From Psilocybe cubensis (Eukaryota), in contig CM039008.1 of NCBI GenBank assembly GCA_017499595.2, forward strand, positions 434,001-498,000: a DNA stretch of 64,000 nucleotides. The letters run 5' to 3'. Made by a program: the position numbers and the translations under genes. The notes below the pieces were generated by a model. It saw only the letters and a program-made list of their open reading frames with translations. It searched no databases and was not told the origin of the DNA. Of this stretch, positions 25,101 through 36,400 are shown in pieces. Each line of letters begins with the position of its first letter. Position 1 is the first letter of the stretch.

Positions 25101-26026
25101 CTACAGCCTACCATCCCCAAACTGATGGTCAGACTGAAAGAGTTAACCAAGAAATTGAGCAGTATCTTAGACTCTTTATAAACCATAGACAAGATGATTG
25201 GGTTGAATGGTTAGCTCTAGCTGAATTCTCTTATAACAATAGAGTTCAGGCTTCAACCAGGCAGACACCATTCATGCTCAATAATGGCAGACATCCCAGA
25301 ATGGGCACTGAACCCCTTAGAGATAGTAAAATGGACACTGTGGATACCTTTGTGAAAAATATGGAAGAAGCCAGGAAAGAAGCAGAGTCTGCACTTAGAA
25401 AAGCTGCTGATGATATGGCTAAATTCTATAATAGACACAGAGGTACTCCAACTCAGTACAAAGTTGGGGATTTGGTATGGTTAGATGGCAAGGACCTCAA
25501 AACTGATAGGCCCTCCAAGAAATTGGATGATAAAAGATATGGGCCTTACAAAATTACCAAAGTTATTAGCCCTAATGCCTATGAGCTTAAGCTGCCATCT
25601 ACCATGAAAATCCATCCAGTGTTCAATGTGGTTAAACTTCTACCTTATCACTCAGATATTGTAGGAAGAAAGCCTCCTTCTAGACCACCTCCTGTCATTC
25701 AAGGAGAAAATCCTGAGTGGGAAGTTGAATTTATCAAGGACAGCAGACTTTTTAGAAACAAACTTCAATATTTGGTCAAGTGGAAGAACTATCCTAATGA
25801 AGAATGCACTTGGGAGCCTGCAGAGCATTTGAAAAATGCTTCTAAGGCTATCAAGGACTTCCATGCCAAACATCCTTCAGCACCTAGAAGGATTTCTGCT
25901 GTGACCTTTGATAGACTTTCTTTCACTCCTATTATTAACTTTACTGAACCTCCTCCTCTTCTTAAACCCTCTAAACTAACCCATCCATGTGCACATTGTG
26001 GAAAATGTGCCTTAGAGAGGGGGTGA
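22139..26026 (+). CDS. pol: Pol of element 1 (protease, RT, RNase H, integrase, chromodomain), reached by predicted -1 frameshift
   Basis: LLDSGAT, YMDD, ADSSDYATGAVL, integrase HHCC and core, chromodomain 'EWEVEFI...YLVKWKNYPNEECTWEP'. Slippery heptamer A AAT TTT at 22139-22145 just before the gag stop. Confidence 0.95.
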   Translation, partial: KFLEAPLVKDMSQWNRFNVLENEIDRLDPQSSDSGAEIMSSSSSLSTFPEKIYILNHNPKTSTHLSVILKTMDTEKRLSVDALLDSGATGLFLHSGFVKYHNLNTRKLPRAIPVYNVDGTLNKSGSIHEEVDLIMVHKNHTERATFAVCDLGDKSAIIGHTWLWHHNPDVDWKTGDVQFIRCPSDCQMEAKRARRKRQRIAAVKRRKLPQFDEEEDDSIEDSSDSEIEPEDRIFISYLHPQKQSINATSTMSQRLAEESHQQADSLKKTFEETVPKHYHQFKGVFSKESFDRLPDRKPWDHAIELKPGSEPYRSKIYPLSPNEQKELDAFLEENLKSGRIRPSKSPMASPVFFVKKKDGSLRLVQDYRKLNEMTIKNSYPLPLISDIITKLSKAKYFTKLDVRWGFNNVRIKKGDEWKAAFRTNRGLFEPLVMFFGLTNSPATFQTMMNDIFIELIDGNVVIVYMDDILIFTETLDHHREVVKQVLQILEQNKLYLKAEKCEFEKEKIEYLGLIISQGRIEMDPVKVEGVSKWPEPENVKDVQSFLGFVNFYRRFIEDFADIAKPLHELTKKGTVWRWSLRQQEAFDQLKKKVTSSPVLIFPDDNKPYKVEADSSDYATGAVLSQEGSDGKWHPVAFMSKSLSEVERNYEIHDKEMLAIIRALDEWRHYLEGTQHSFEIWTDHKNLEYFMVAQKLSRRQARWSLFLSRFDFTLHHRPGKRSLKPDALSRRPDHKKGENDNQNVVLLKPSYFKIQALKQGHATITGAENDLLKKIREAKEMDEKVVKAVQELKKSSTKKIEGQEWSEEQGLILYRGKVYVPKDKDLRRKIVELHHDAFIAGHPGKWKTIELVSRNYWWPGMSHFIAAYTRGCDRCNRTKTFPAKPLGLLIPTEIPSDVWQCISVDFIMGLPECQGYNAIMVVVDRLSKMIHIIPTTDEVTSEGTARLYRDYVWKHHGLPIKILCDRGPQFVSRFMKELNSILGIQTASSTAYHPQTDGQTERVNQEIEQYLRLFINHRQDDWVEWLALAEFSYNNRVQASTRQTPFMLNNGRHPRMGTEPLRDSKMDTVDTFVKNMEEARKEAESALRKAADDMAKFYNRHRGTPTQYKVGDLVWLDGKDLKTDRPSKKLDDKRYGPYKITKVISPNAYELKLPSTMKIHPVFNVVKLLPYHSDIVGRKPPSRPPPVIQGENPEWEVEFIKDSRLFRNKLQYLVKWKNYPNEECTWEPAEHLKNASKAIKDFHAKHPSAPRRISAVTFDRLSFTPIINFTEPPPLLKPSKLTHPCAHCGKCALERG

Positions 26027-26476
26027 TGTCAGGGTTTCTCCAGTTTCCCCTCTTTATCTTCACAGAATTATCTTATCCTTTCATTATCTTATCAATTATC
26101 TGATTAGATAGTTTATTTCTTTCATCACAGCCTTCTTGCTCCACTTCTTTCTAGTAAATTCTATATGATTCCTAGTCTTACTCATCCTTTTTCTATATGA
26201 TGTCACTTTTATTCTTTAACCTTCCTTTATGATGTAATGTAGGGAATATTCTAGAATAGCTGTAGAGTATAAATACTGGACTTGTAGGTAGCTGTAGCTT
26301 CAGCTTCAATCTCTTAGGATATCCACTATCATTGGTGTGATCTCTTAGAACCATTGAATCTCTCTCACTCTCTTATTCTCTCTTTGCTCTCTTACTCTCC
26401 CTCTGCTCTCTCTCTCTCTCTCTTGCTTAATCTTTGTTGGTGGCCTTGTCACACTGATTATAGTGTTGCCCTGACA
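26027..26476 (+). repeat. 3' LTR of element 1
   Basis: Follows the PPT, ends CCCTGACA and is followed by GAAAG. Confidence 0.95.
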
Positions 26477-29400
26477 GAAAGACGCCCAGCATTATGGGCG
26501 CACATTGGTGGGTTCTCTCATTTGTACAAGCCTTTATATACTCATTTTCTGCCAAGATATTACATGAATTGTTAGGTTTTGTTGACGCGTCGAGCATACG
26601 CGCTGCGTTCAACAATCTTTGTTGATTCAAGGTACATTCTCTGCGCGTTTGAAGGTATGTTTTATTTCTCTCCGGTTGAACAGTACGCTATGTTGACGTT
26701 ATCGGGTATGTTTGACTCCATTTTTTTCATTAGCTCCGGCACTTGATTGACTGACGACTTCCTCACAAAAGATTTTAATGTAAGTTCTCTTTGCACAATT
26801 TTATTGGATTCATATTCCACTTCTCCATTTATCGACAGTAACGACGCGAATACGAACACTGCAACAGGACGCACGCTGCAAAAAATTGAAACCGGAGGGC
26901 GGCGTCAATGGTCAGGGTAGCATTTGTTTGAATAATCGTACGTTGCCGATTCCCCGAGTCTCCGTGCTATCCTGACAAACCTGAATTTGCTGGCAATCAG
27001 AATCTTACCCTGACTCTTCTGTTTCACCCACCACCACGTCTTTTCCCCTCTCCAAATTCATCCCCTCACTTCCACATTTTCTCCCCATTTTCACGGAGGA
27101 TTGGATACACAGTGAGTATTCTTCAATGGTACAACGTGCAACGTGCTTACAATCTTTCAGGAGCTTTTGAAGCTACGCGTTGCTCCTGCAAACTCTTGTC
27201 CAAGAGTCCGTGCTTACTGGAAGCCACAGACGATTTCCCGTGTCAGACACGAACAGGCGCCTCATGTCTGCGACTCCCCATCGTATTGGACTCTCAGACT
27301 ACGCAATACCGAACCGTCAGGGAAAGTTTACCAGAGGTCAAGGCGATTCAGGTTGTGAGTGGAGACTCTTCACGACAAGCAGAACTCACATTTTTGTCTG
27401 ACAGTGTGCACGCGAACGCTGCTTTGTGAGTATCCTCTTGTCCTCAATTTTATTTGTCTGCTAACTTTATTGCAGCTTCAGAGAACCGTGAAGACTTGAC
27501 GCAGTGTTCACGCGCACTCGTCCTCAATTCGATATGTCTGCTAAATTGATTGCAGCTTCAGAACCGTAAAGATTTGACGTGATATTGCTGGGACCGGTAG
27601 CTTGTACGTATCCACAATTTAATCCTATGAATAACACTGCATCATCCCTCTTGTTTAGGACATTATCGACCCTACTAACATCGCGTGTAACTCTCCAGAA
27701 ATAACATCGAGGCATTACAATGGAGAATCTTCAGAATTCGGCCGTAGAATTTCCACCACATAACCTTTCCCCCATCCCCCATATCCGCTACTGTCCATTT
27801 CAAACACTTCTCTTGAGTTCCTGGCATGTGGACATCGGCTACATCCTCCCGGCATACGTCAACTGTGATGCTACTTGGGTGGTAAACGTAAAATAGCATT
27901 GGTTGATGCACAAATTTCGGGGTTCAACGAGAAGGTACGGTTATTTCATTTAGGTTCCTTCGCTTCAACTTCATTTTATAAGGTTTCTGTAGTCAGTATC
28001 GAGCTAAATATCGTTAAGCGCCGTGAATTTGTTTTAATATGAATAACGTATTCTGCTCTTTTTTGACTCAACAAAGCTCGATTCAGTCTGGAATAATGTA
28101 TAATTGCTCTAGCTACTACTCAGGGTCCGTAGATAGCTCCAAAATCGACGGAAAAAGTGCTTTGAAATGACATACGGACATGTTCTCCTCGCCTCCTTTA
28201 ACACACTCACCCTCGTTTCCGAGGGCAAAATCGACTGGTAGGGCTTTAGACCTCGGCATCACTTCACTGACAATTAGCACCATACATTTCTGGAAGAGAA
28301 TATGAGGTCATACCGGATACACAAGTCACAAGGCAAACATGCACTCTTCAAGATTAACTATGCCAAATTCGGGTTAATCTGGCAAACGGTCAATGTATTT
28401 CGGCCATGTCAGTGTCTAGTTAGCGTGTGCCAGCTGGAATACACGTACCTGTAAAAAACATGAAGCCCCATTCACGTTTTACGGCAAGACAAAAGTCGCA
28501 CCACATTCATCTCCTCCTCCCCCAAATCACGGATTAACGCATTTCCAAACGTTCGCTGCATCTACTTGACATGTCAGCGCCACATCAATACATCCGGAGA
28601 TATGAAAGGTGAGATGTCGGCACTCTGAATGTCTGTAAAGTTTGGTTGAACATGATTGAACACCGAGTGCTTGGTTCATGCGTACCTGCCCGTTGAACGG
28701 AAAACTGGGATTAATCTGTGCATAACCACTATTAACTCGAGTATGATATTTAATGGTGAGTATAAATAGAGTGTGTATTCGTACCATTTATGAGATTTGG
28801 AGAAGAATTGAGACAGGCATTTGTTAAGCGCCCAAAGCGTCTAAAGAGCAATAACCACAAATTTTGCAGTCACAAATTCATTATATTGTACCAAGTACAT
28901 GAGAGAGTCAATGTAAGTAGTATACCTAAATGATACGCACAGATCAAAGGACATACCACAATGTCAATCAATTTTGTGGAAGAGATAACAAATGAAAACG
29001 GATGCGCATGCATCTTGTTCTCCTGGTTCAGTTCTCCGTTTCCAACGCACCAAACATCTTTTCCTTGCATCTCGGGATAGCATCACGTCATGCTGTCACT
29101 GCTAGAGCAGATGCCGTCAATGTTCATGGAAGATTGGCAGAAATTGTTTGAGTGCGAACATACTTTGAATCGAGGGGACAGGGATGACATACCATGGCGC
29201 TATCGCTCAAATTGCATCTAGTGCGTCATTAACCACTGATTTACATGTATAGATACGGGGAGTATATGAAATTACACAAGAGGTTGAGTGATTTTGACGA
29301 ATATAAAATTTACAATGCACGCACTCATATATTTCTCAAATCCAATGTGTTCGTTTGCAGATGCCGTTTTAACGCCATAGCCACTAATATACCTGTAAAT

Positions 29401-31232
29401 ATCGTACACCGTCAGTTTACAGACGGATAATGACTCGAGAGACCACCAACAACTCACGAATGAATGACAACGCGAAATCACGACACAACCTCTCCTCCTC
29501 CCCCCATTCGCTCTAGCACTCGTTTCCAAACGTTTGCTTCGCTTGCACGTACCCTTCATTGCACCCATCACCCCTAGCTCCGATCACGGCATGTGTCAGT
29601 CGAGATGTAGTGGAACAACTAGGTTGGATGAAGATGCGAGTTGGTAATTGAATACATGGAGAATGAAATATACCCAACGGTGTTCTGTGCGGAAACGAGG
29701 TAAACGTCCGTATGGGGGTTGGTTTCTGGGTATACCATGATCTATTTCAGAGTAGTTGGGTCGCATCGAATGCACAGTGACGATGACATTGGAAAACGAA
29801 ACGTACATAGGTGTCCTGTGATGATTTTCAATGAAAACATTGAATTTGGGTTAATCGGAAAAGATGGGTGTGGGTGTTGCACATAGTTAACATGCACCAT
29901 AATCCTTAGCATGCACGATGAGTTTGGCAAAGATTTAGGATGGAAAAGTTGCGGGCAGGATAATGATACATGGATGCCGACATGCTCCCCATCCCCAAAT
30001 TCGCCCGTTTCAACGATTCAAACGCTCGTTTCTCTCGGACCTGAACATCTTGACATCACGGAGTTTTATTCTCCGTACCTGTTCTGTAATGCTGCGATGG
30101 AAATTAGACTGGTGAGCATGGAAGATGTTGGAATTGAATGAAAATACCGTGAATGCCCAGAGTGTAATTGCGCAGAGTCTAGCCTGGTTATCGTAAACGG
30201 GTTATGTTAATATGGCAACAGCTAGATCCTCCATGAATAGGCGATTCATCAAGTCCAGAGATGTGCAAAGAGGAAAGTTTGCAATGTTGAACAGCATCTA
30301 GAGCGAGTAATTCAAGGTTTACCACAGAAAAGCATCCATTCTTTACAGATCAAAAATCCAGAGTTGAACGAGTCATTGAACAGAGGTAATTCCAGCAGGC
30401 ATACATTCAGATGAGGACGATTCGAATCTCATATTTCGAAATCTAATGAGCAGACGACGGCGCAGGTGAATGAAAGTCGAACCAAACATGTTGCTCAACC
30501 TCTCGCTTAGGTGGCGGACACACATTTCCCCCTTTGGACGGATATTCAACAGACATACGAATGCGGATACGAAAAGGTATAAAAGGAGGGTGGAGTTGAC
30601 CTGGATTCCTCAGTTCGGTTCTCCCTCTCCTCCTGTTTTCCTCCTGCCTCGCCTCGCCTTGTCTGCCTACCCCGCCAGCCTTGACCACCTCGCTACGGTT
30701 GACAAAGTGAGTGCATGGGAGAGGCCAGCTTGACGTGGCAAACGTCAAGCGTCAGCAGCTGGTAAGTCATTTGTGACGCGCTTGTTGAAAAAACCGACAT
30801 TTTCCAGGCAGTTGCGCGGTGAAGGATGTGTCCCTTGCTGAGAATGTCAGTATTCGCGACGTTTTTGTTGACCGAATTAATGCTTACCTGGTTTGCACAG
30901 CAATGACCCCGCCCCATGCTCTGAGAGAGGTGTTCGCGCTCCACGCGCTTAGAGGTGTTGTGGGCCGGACGCGCTGAGGATGTGGGTACCCGCTACGTGT
31001 TTGTTGAGAGAATTGCTGCTCACCTGGTTTGCATAGCAATAACAGGGGTGTCATGAACCCATACACTGAAGAGGTGCCCAGTCGGCCGGACCCGATGCGC
31101 TGAGGATATCAGTACGTGTGACACGTTTGTTGATATAACTACTACTCACCTAGTTTGCATAGCAACGTTCGACAGCTCCTACACGCTTAGAGAGTCGTTG
31201 TAGATGCAGCGTCCCCCCATTCCTATCCCTTT

Positions 31233-33436
31233 TCATGTCCGAGCAATAACCGCCCCAAACCAAAGGAAAACCGCAAATGTAAGAAGTGCTTCGCATTGAA
31301 ACTGGGAATCATTGCCTGGAATATGGTCGAGCAGTAGGCCGACAATGCCCTGGTTGATCAGCGCTACACGATAAGACTCTAATTATCATTAATTTCTGAA
31401 GTGAAACAGAGAGTGCATACCATGGACACCTATGGCAGAAATGGAACTCAGTACTGCTCTTTGAACCCGTTTTTGTGGGTGTTTTATCATATTGGAAAGT
31501 GTGTTTCCGAGTTCAGGACCTAAAAGCATGGGATGCATGCGTTCTATTGCCGATATGAGACGACAATCGGATTATACAAAGCCACAGTACGCACCATTCA
31601 GAGCCAAACATTTGAGTGTAGATCCCTTATCCATCGCAGAGAGAATAAGAGAAGCGTCAATCAACCACTGTCGATGCAGAGGGTTTGTACAATTAGAAAT
31701 CACTTCCGGAATATGATTGGTGAATTCGGCAGGTATCAGAAATCCTGAGCGTATCCGCACATGGATGTGGATGCAAATAATCAATTCAAGAATATCGTCT
31801 TGGAACATATCCCAATTTGACAGGGTCCCTCCCGGTTGCAGAAAAGCTACGAGTGAGCTAGCGCTCCAATTTAAGGAAGAATGGGTGGTCTGGACAAGAG
31901 ACAGCATAACTGTAAGGTATGCTCGAGTTACATCGGAAGAGGTTTCAGTCTTGTCTAGGGAGGATAGAAGCTCCGTGATGTTGCGGGTCAAGACTGGTAA
32001 TGGGTCTGCAATATACAAAGCCTCCTGCAACCTTGACGACATGGGTAGTCCCGCAATGGCACAGACTGGATCATCAAGTTTGAAGGTTCGCGCCAGTGAA
32101 AACAGACCAACGAGGACATCTGTCCTCAATTCGTCTGATGGAGGGTTTGAAACGAGCATGAGATGATATAAAGATGAGAATGTGTCGAAGATGCCCTTTG
32201 TCCATGTCCTACGTAGCTTGGTGGTGGACAAAAGGACATGATCGAGGTGGGTGTAAGAGCTGGTAACTCTCCGCGCCTTACGTCGGCGTTGGCGGGGAGT
32301 GAATACCAAGTGTCCAATTGCATCTGCCAGGAGAATGAGAGGAATAAAGACGCCAGGAATCTAATAAGAGATATGTTGATGTCCTTCATAGAATTCAAAG
32401 ACCATCGCTTACAATTGGCAGCAAGCCAGATATCGGGGTATTAAATGGGGAATTGGGATTGAGAAGCGGGCGAATGCTACATCCTAGGTAGAGGAGCATG
32501 GTGATGGCAATAAGCGTCGTCACAACTACCCCAATTCGCGGGTCGTCCTGAAACAATAAAATGACGAGGCCGCCGAAGAAGAGGTAAAAGGCAATGTGCA
32601 AGGTTATTGGCAGGGCATGTATAACAGCTCGTAGATGTCGCTGGTCGTCGCCGAAGAACCGTCGATGACGATTGCAGGCGTCGATTATAGGCAGTCCAGC
32701 TGATACAGGAATAAATTGGGATACCCACCCTTTCGCCAGGATTGTTCCAAAAGCACCCGTTAAGGCAAAGGTGAGGCTGACGAACCAGAGTCCATTCACC
32801 CATACCAAAGGTGATGAGGGTACAAAGGTTGTTGATAGTAGGGAATTCTGACGAGTTTCCGACGACAAGGTTTGAATGAGGTCTCTGATCAAATTATTCG
32901 TGATAGCCTGAGGGTCTTGTTGGAGATCTTTTCGTGTCTCGATAAGAAAGGCAGTCAAAATGGCAGAAAACAGGCCCGCCTATAAATTGACGTCAGAAAC
33001 AAAATTGTGGAACAAGCAAAACATACAAATATCAAGATGGTATCCAAGTCACAGTTCCATATTCTCATCAACTCTTCGCCTTTTGATTTGGTCAAGTCGA
33101 GGTACATCGACCAGACCTTTGCATCATCTGCTAGGTAGTCCGCGAATGGGTTTCGGAGGTCTGCATTGGAGGTTGCCACGTATTCCCTAGCTGCCGTTTC
33201 AATGGATGCTCTCGATGGTGGCCGGTAGACTAATACGATTGTTGTTATTGGTCTTTTTCAGGCGCATCTGAGGTAAAAAACATACCCTTTGTGTCAGACA
33301 ACCGTGATTCTGCCCTCTCCACGTCGCGGGGAAATGGAAAACGATAAGCAAGCGCTGATAGAGTACTGGTCCCATTCCCTGATTGGATTCTCAGGCACCG
33401 TGCGACAATCTCCCAAAACGACGATTTCGCCTGCAT
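31233..33436 (-). CDS. C-terminally truncated DUF6535 copy 3 (~651 aa)
   Basis: ORFs 31572..32309, 32395..32958 and 32955..33179 are identical to copy 2; same junction stop. Confidence 0.7.
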
Positions 33437-36400
33437 GTGTTGTTCTTGAAGGTTTTCGCGTCTATGCCTGAGCAAGGTCAACAAACACGTCGTCCTCCTC
33501 GCTGCTTATAGTGAAAAGGTTAGACACTCGTGAGTCATACGCACCATTGAATTTACGGTCGTGTGGCAATGCGAAGGGATTGGCACCCTGGCGGATTGGT
33601 TTTCCCAAATGATTTGCTGCCTCAAATAGAAATGCACTGGTTTACATACATGAATTGACAGCGATAAGTATGTATCGGCAGTTGACTTACCCTTCAATTG
33701 CTTCGAATCCCAAATAGACGCTCATTTGCATCATTCAATCATTTGGGAAAGTTAGTTTGGAAGGACCGAGGTTCGGATGTTCGGATGTCATCTCTGATGG
33801 ATTCCCTGTGAATGGAAACTCAATAGACATGTAAGTGGGTGCAATTTGCATGTTTAGAACAACTACGCCAATACGCACCTACACTTCCGAGTGGCGTGGC
33901 GGCCATTCGAAACGAGAACTTTTGAAAGTTGACGCCCCTTTTCAATTCCGGCTTTCCCATTTGTGACGAATTTGCTCATGTTTGGGTCAAAGGCTTAAGT
34001 ATGCCGAATGATGGCCGATAGAAATATTTCATTTACCGCGATGGCCGAGCATCTCACCAGGGTAATATCAGGATACAGTGGCTTGCGGAGTCCTCTTGTT
34101 CTTCCTGATGACTTTTCTCAACTTCAGAGTCTATTCCTTCGAATACCTCTCTCCTGCTTGATAGATTCCGACTGTGGCACCAATTTCTATTCACTCTGTT
34201 CGGCATGCCTGCTCTTCTGCCGAAGTGCTCCCTGCTAAGGGTTGAGGATAATCTGCGCAGTGCAGGTGTAGTGCATTCATCGTCTTTTATTTAAGCATGC
34301 AATGACATCTAAATGCTCTAGGATCATCCGGTGCAGACACCTCTTTCGACTCAGCTCGCACCTCGCTCTCCACCCGCAAACATTTACTCGCATTCCAAAC
34401 CGCCATTGGCGCTCCAGAACGTGCCCCCTTCCCTGTAATTGCTGCAATTCACGGTCATTGTATCGTTGGTTCACGAGCTTACGTATACCGCTCGAGTCTT
34501 CTCATCGGACGAGGCTGGGGCTAGTTTCTCGCGTCGTTCTGCCTCTAAAAGGGAATTTTCTGGTGAGATGAGGGTCGGTTAAGTGTGTTTAGATGGTGAA
34601 ATCTATTTATATCACAAAAAAACAGCCTAGTTCATACATTCCAACACCTTCAATTTATCGTACAAGCAGAGGTTAGCCCCGCCCGAAGGCCAGTGCGGGG
34701 CGTAACAGGTCTATCTACTACGGAAAGTGCTTACCTCTCTCTCCGAACACCTACTAACCTGACACGTCACGCATAGGTGCTGCTCCTAGCACTGGCAGAG
34801 TGGGCTTTGCTGTTGCGTAAGTGATGCGCAAAGACAAACGTCGATACATTGTGGAAAGGCTGGTTGCGGCTGGATACAAGTTCACGGTCCCGCGTGGCCA
34901 TACGGGTGTGCGGATTGGTGAAGAGTAGGCGTCGAAATGCACGTTGCAGCTCAGTCGGTGGCATACACAGAGTGGGCTTGCGCACCAACACATGTGCAGA
35001 TCGGTGTAGCGTCGTCAGCCAAGGTTACAAGGGAATGACATGGTGGGGACAATATCAGATGGGTGGCCAAGGACACTTGAATCAGGTAAGAGTACATGCG
35101 CCGCGTGCGGGTCGGCGGACGTCAACTCATCCCTAGCAGTCCCCTTGTGCATGCACTCCTGCGCCTCTGTTTACTGCTACGTTGCCTTGTCGGACATCGA
35201 TGTAGAGCAGAATGTTATTGGGGATATAGGGCAAAAGGACATGGGTTGGCAGGCGTTGATACTGTGCATCACAGCATCCCCGGCACCTCTGGTCAGTGCA
35301 ACGTCCCTACTCGTTCTTGCGCAACTTGGCGGATGGCGATACCACGCGTCAACGCAGATTGCGCAGCTCGGCGGACGTCGATATAGAGTGTCGGGGCATT
35401 GGCGTGGCGGGTGTCAACACATCCCTGGCCCTGGGCATTGGCAAACCATGGGGTGGCGGGCGTAGATGTCTGTTGGTCGGCGGGTGTCGATACATAGCGT
35501 CAACGCGCCCCACCCCGGAAGTCGATGAAGGGTGTCGAGGCAGAGTCCATCCCTCCTCCATGCTGGTCGGCGGACGTCAATACATGGCGTCAACGCATCC
35601 CCACCACCGGAACTCGATACAGAGTGTCGACGCCTAGTCAACGCCTCCACTAACAAGGCCCCGACACCTCCCCACCACGAGTATCAGCTGAACGTGCTGG
35701 TCGGCGGACGTTGATACATGGCGTCAGCGCATCCCACCACCGGAAGTTGATACATCGTGTCGAGGTAGAGTCCATTCCCGGCATCACTCGAGGCTGAATG
35801 TGTTGGTCGGCGGACGTCGATACATGGCGTCAGCGCATTCCCGGAAGTCGATGCAGCGTGTCGAGGCAGAGTCCATCCCCGACACCACCCCACCTCGAGT
35901 CTGGGCTGAATGTGCTGGTCGGCGGACGTCGATACATCGTGTCCACGCGTCCCCACCACCGGAAGTCTACGTCACGTCAAACGGCACCTCCCCACCTCAA
36001 GTGTCGGCTGAATGTGTTGGTCGGCGGGCGTCAATACATAGCGTTAACGCGTCCCCAGGACCGGAAGTCAATACGTCGCGTCAAGGCAGAGTCAACGCCT
36101 CCACTAGCGCATGACCGCTGCCCTAAGACCACCCCACCTTGAGCGTCGGCTGAATGTGCTGGTCGGCGGGCGTCGATACATAGTGTCGACGCAAACGCGA
36201 CACATCCTATCGTGAACACATGTCGCCGGGCGTCAATATATCGTGTTTGCGCATCCGTGGGTAAACTCCTCAGGGTCGCAGACGCGCACGGACCTATGTT
36301 CCGTCATCTGGAGACTAGAACCGTGTCAATACTTGTTTTTGGAAAGATATTAACTTGTACATACCTCGGGAACATACTTTCATGCCTTCAGGAGGATGGC

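Larger units (their letters stand above)
20088..26476 (+). mobile_element. Ty3/Gypsy LTR retrotransposon 1 (chromovirus), intact, apparently CpG-free
   Basis: 450-bp LTRs with TGTCAGGG...CCCTGACA termini, GAAAG on both flanks, gag and pol in PR-RT-RH-IN-chromodomain order, PPT AGAGAGGGGGTGA 26014-26026. Confidence 0.97.
14942..31255. repeat. Tandem array unit 2 (mostly type B) containing Gypsy element 1 and a 181-bp deletion
   Basis: Length 16314 = 10101 + 6389 (element) + 5 (TSD) - 181 (deletion). Confidence 0.95.
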
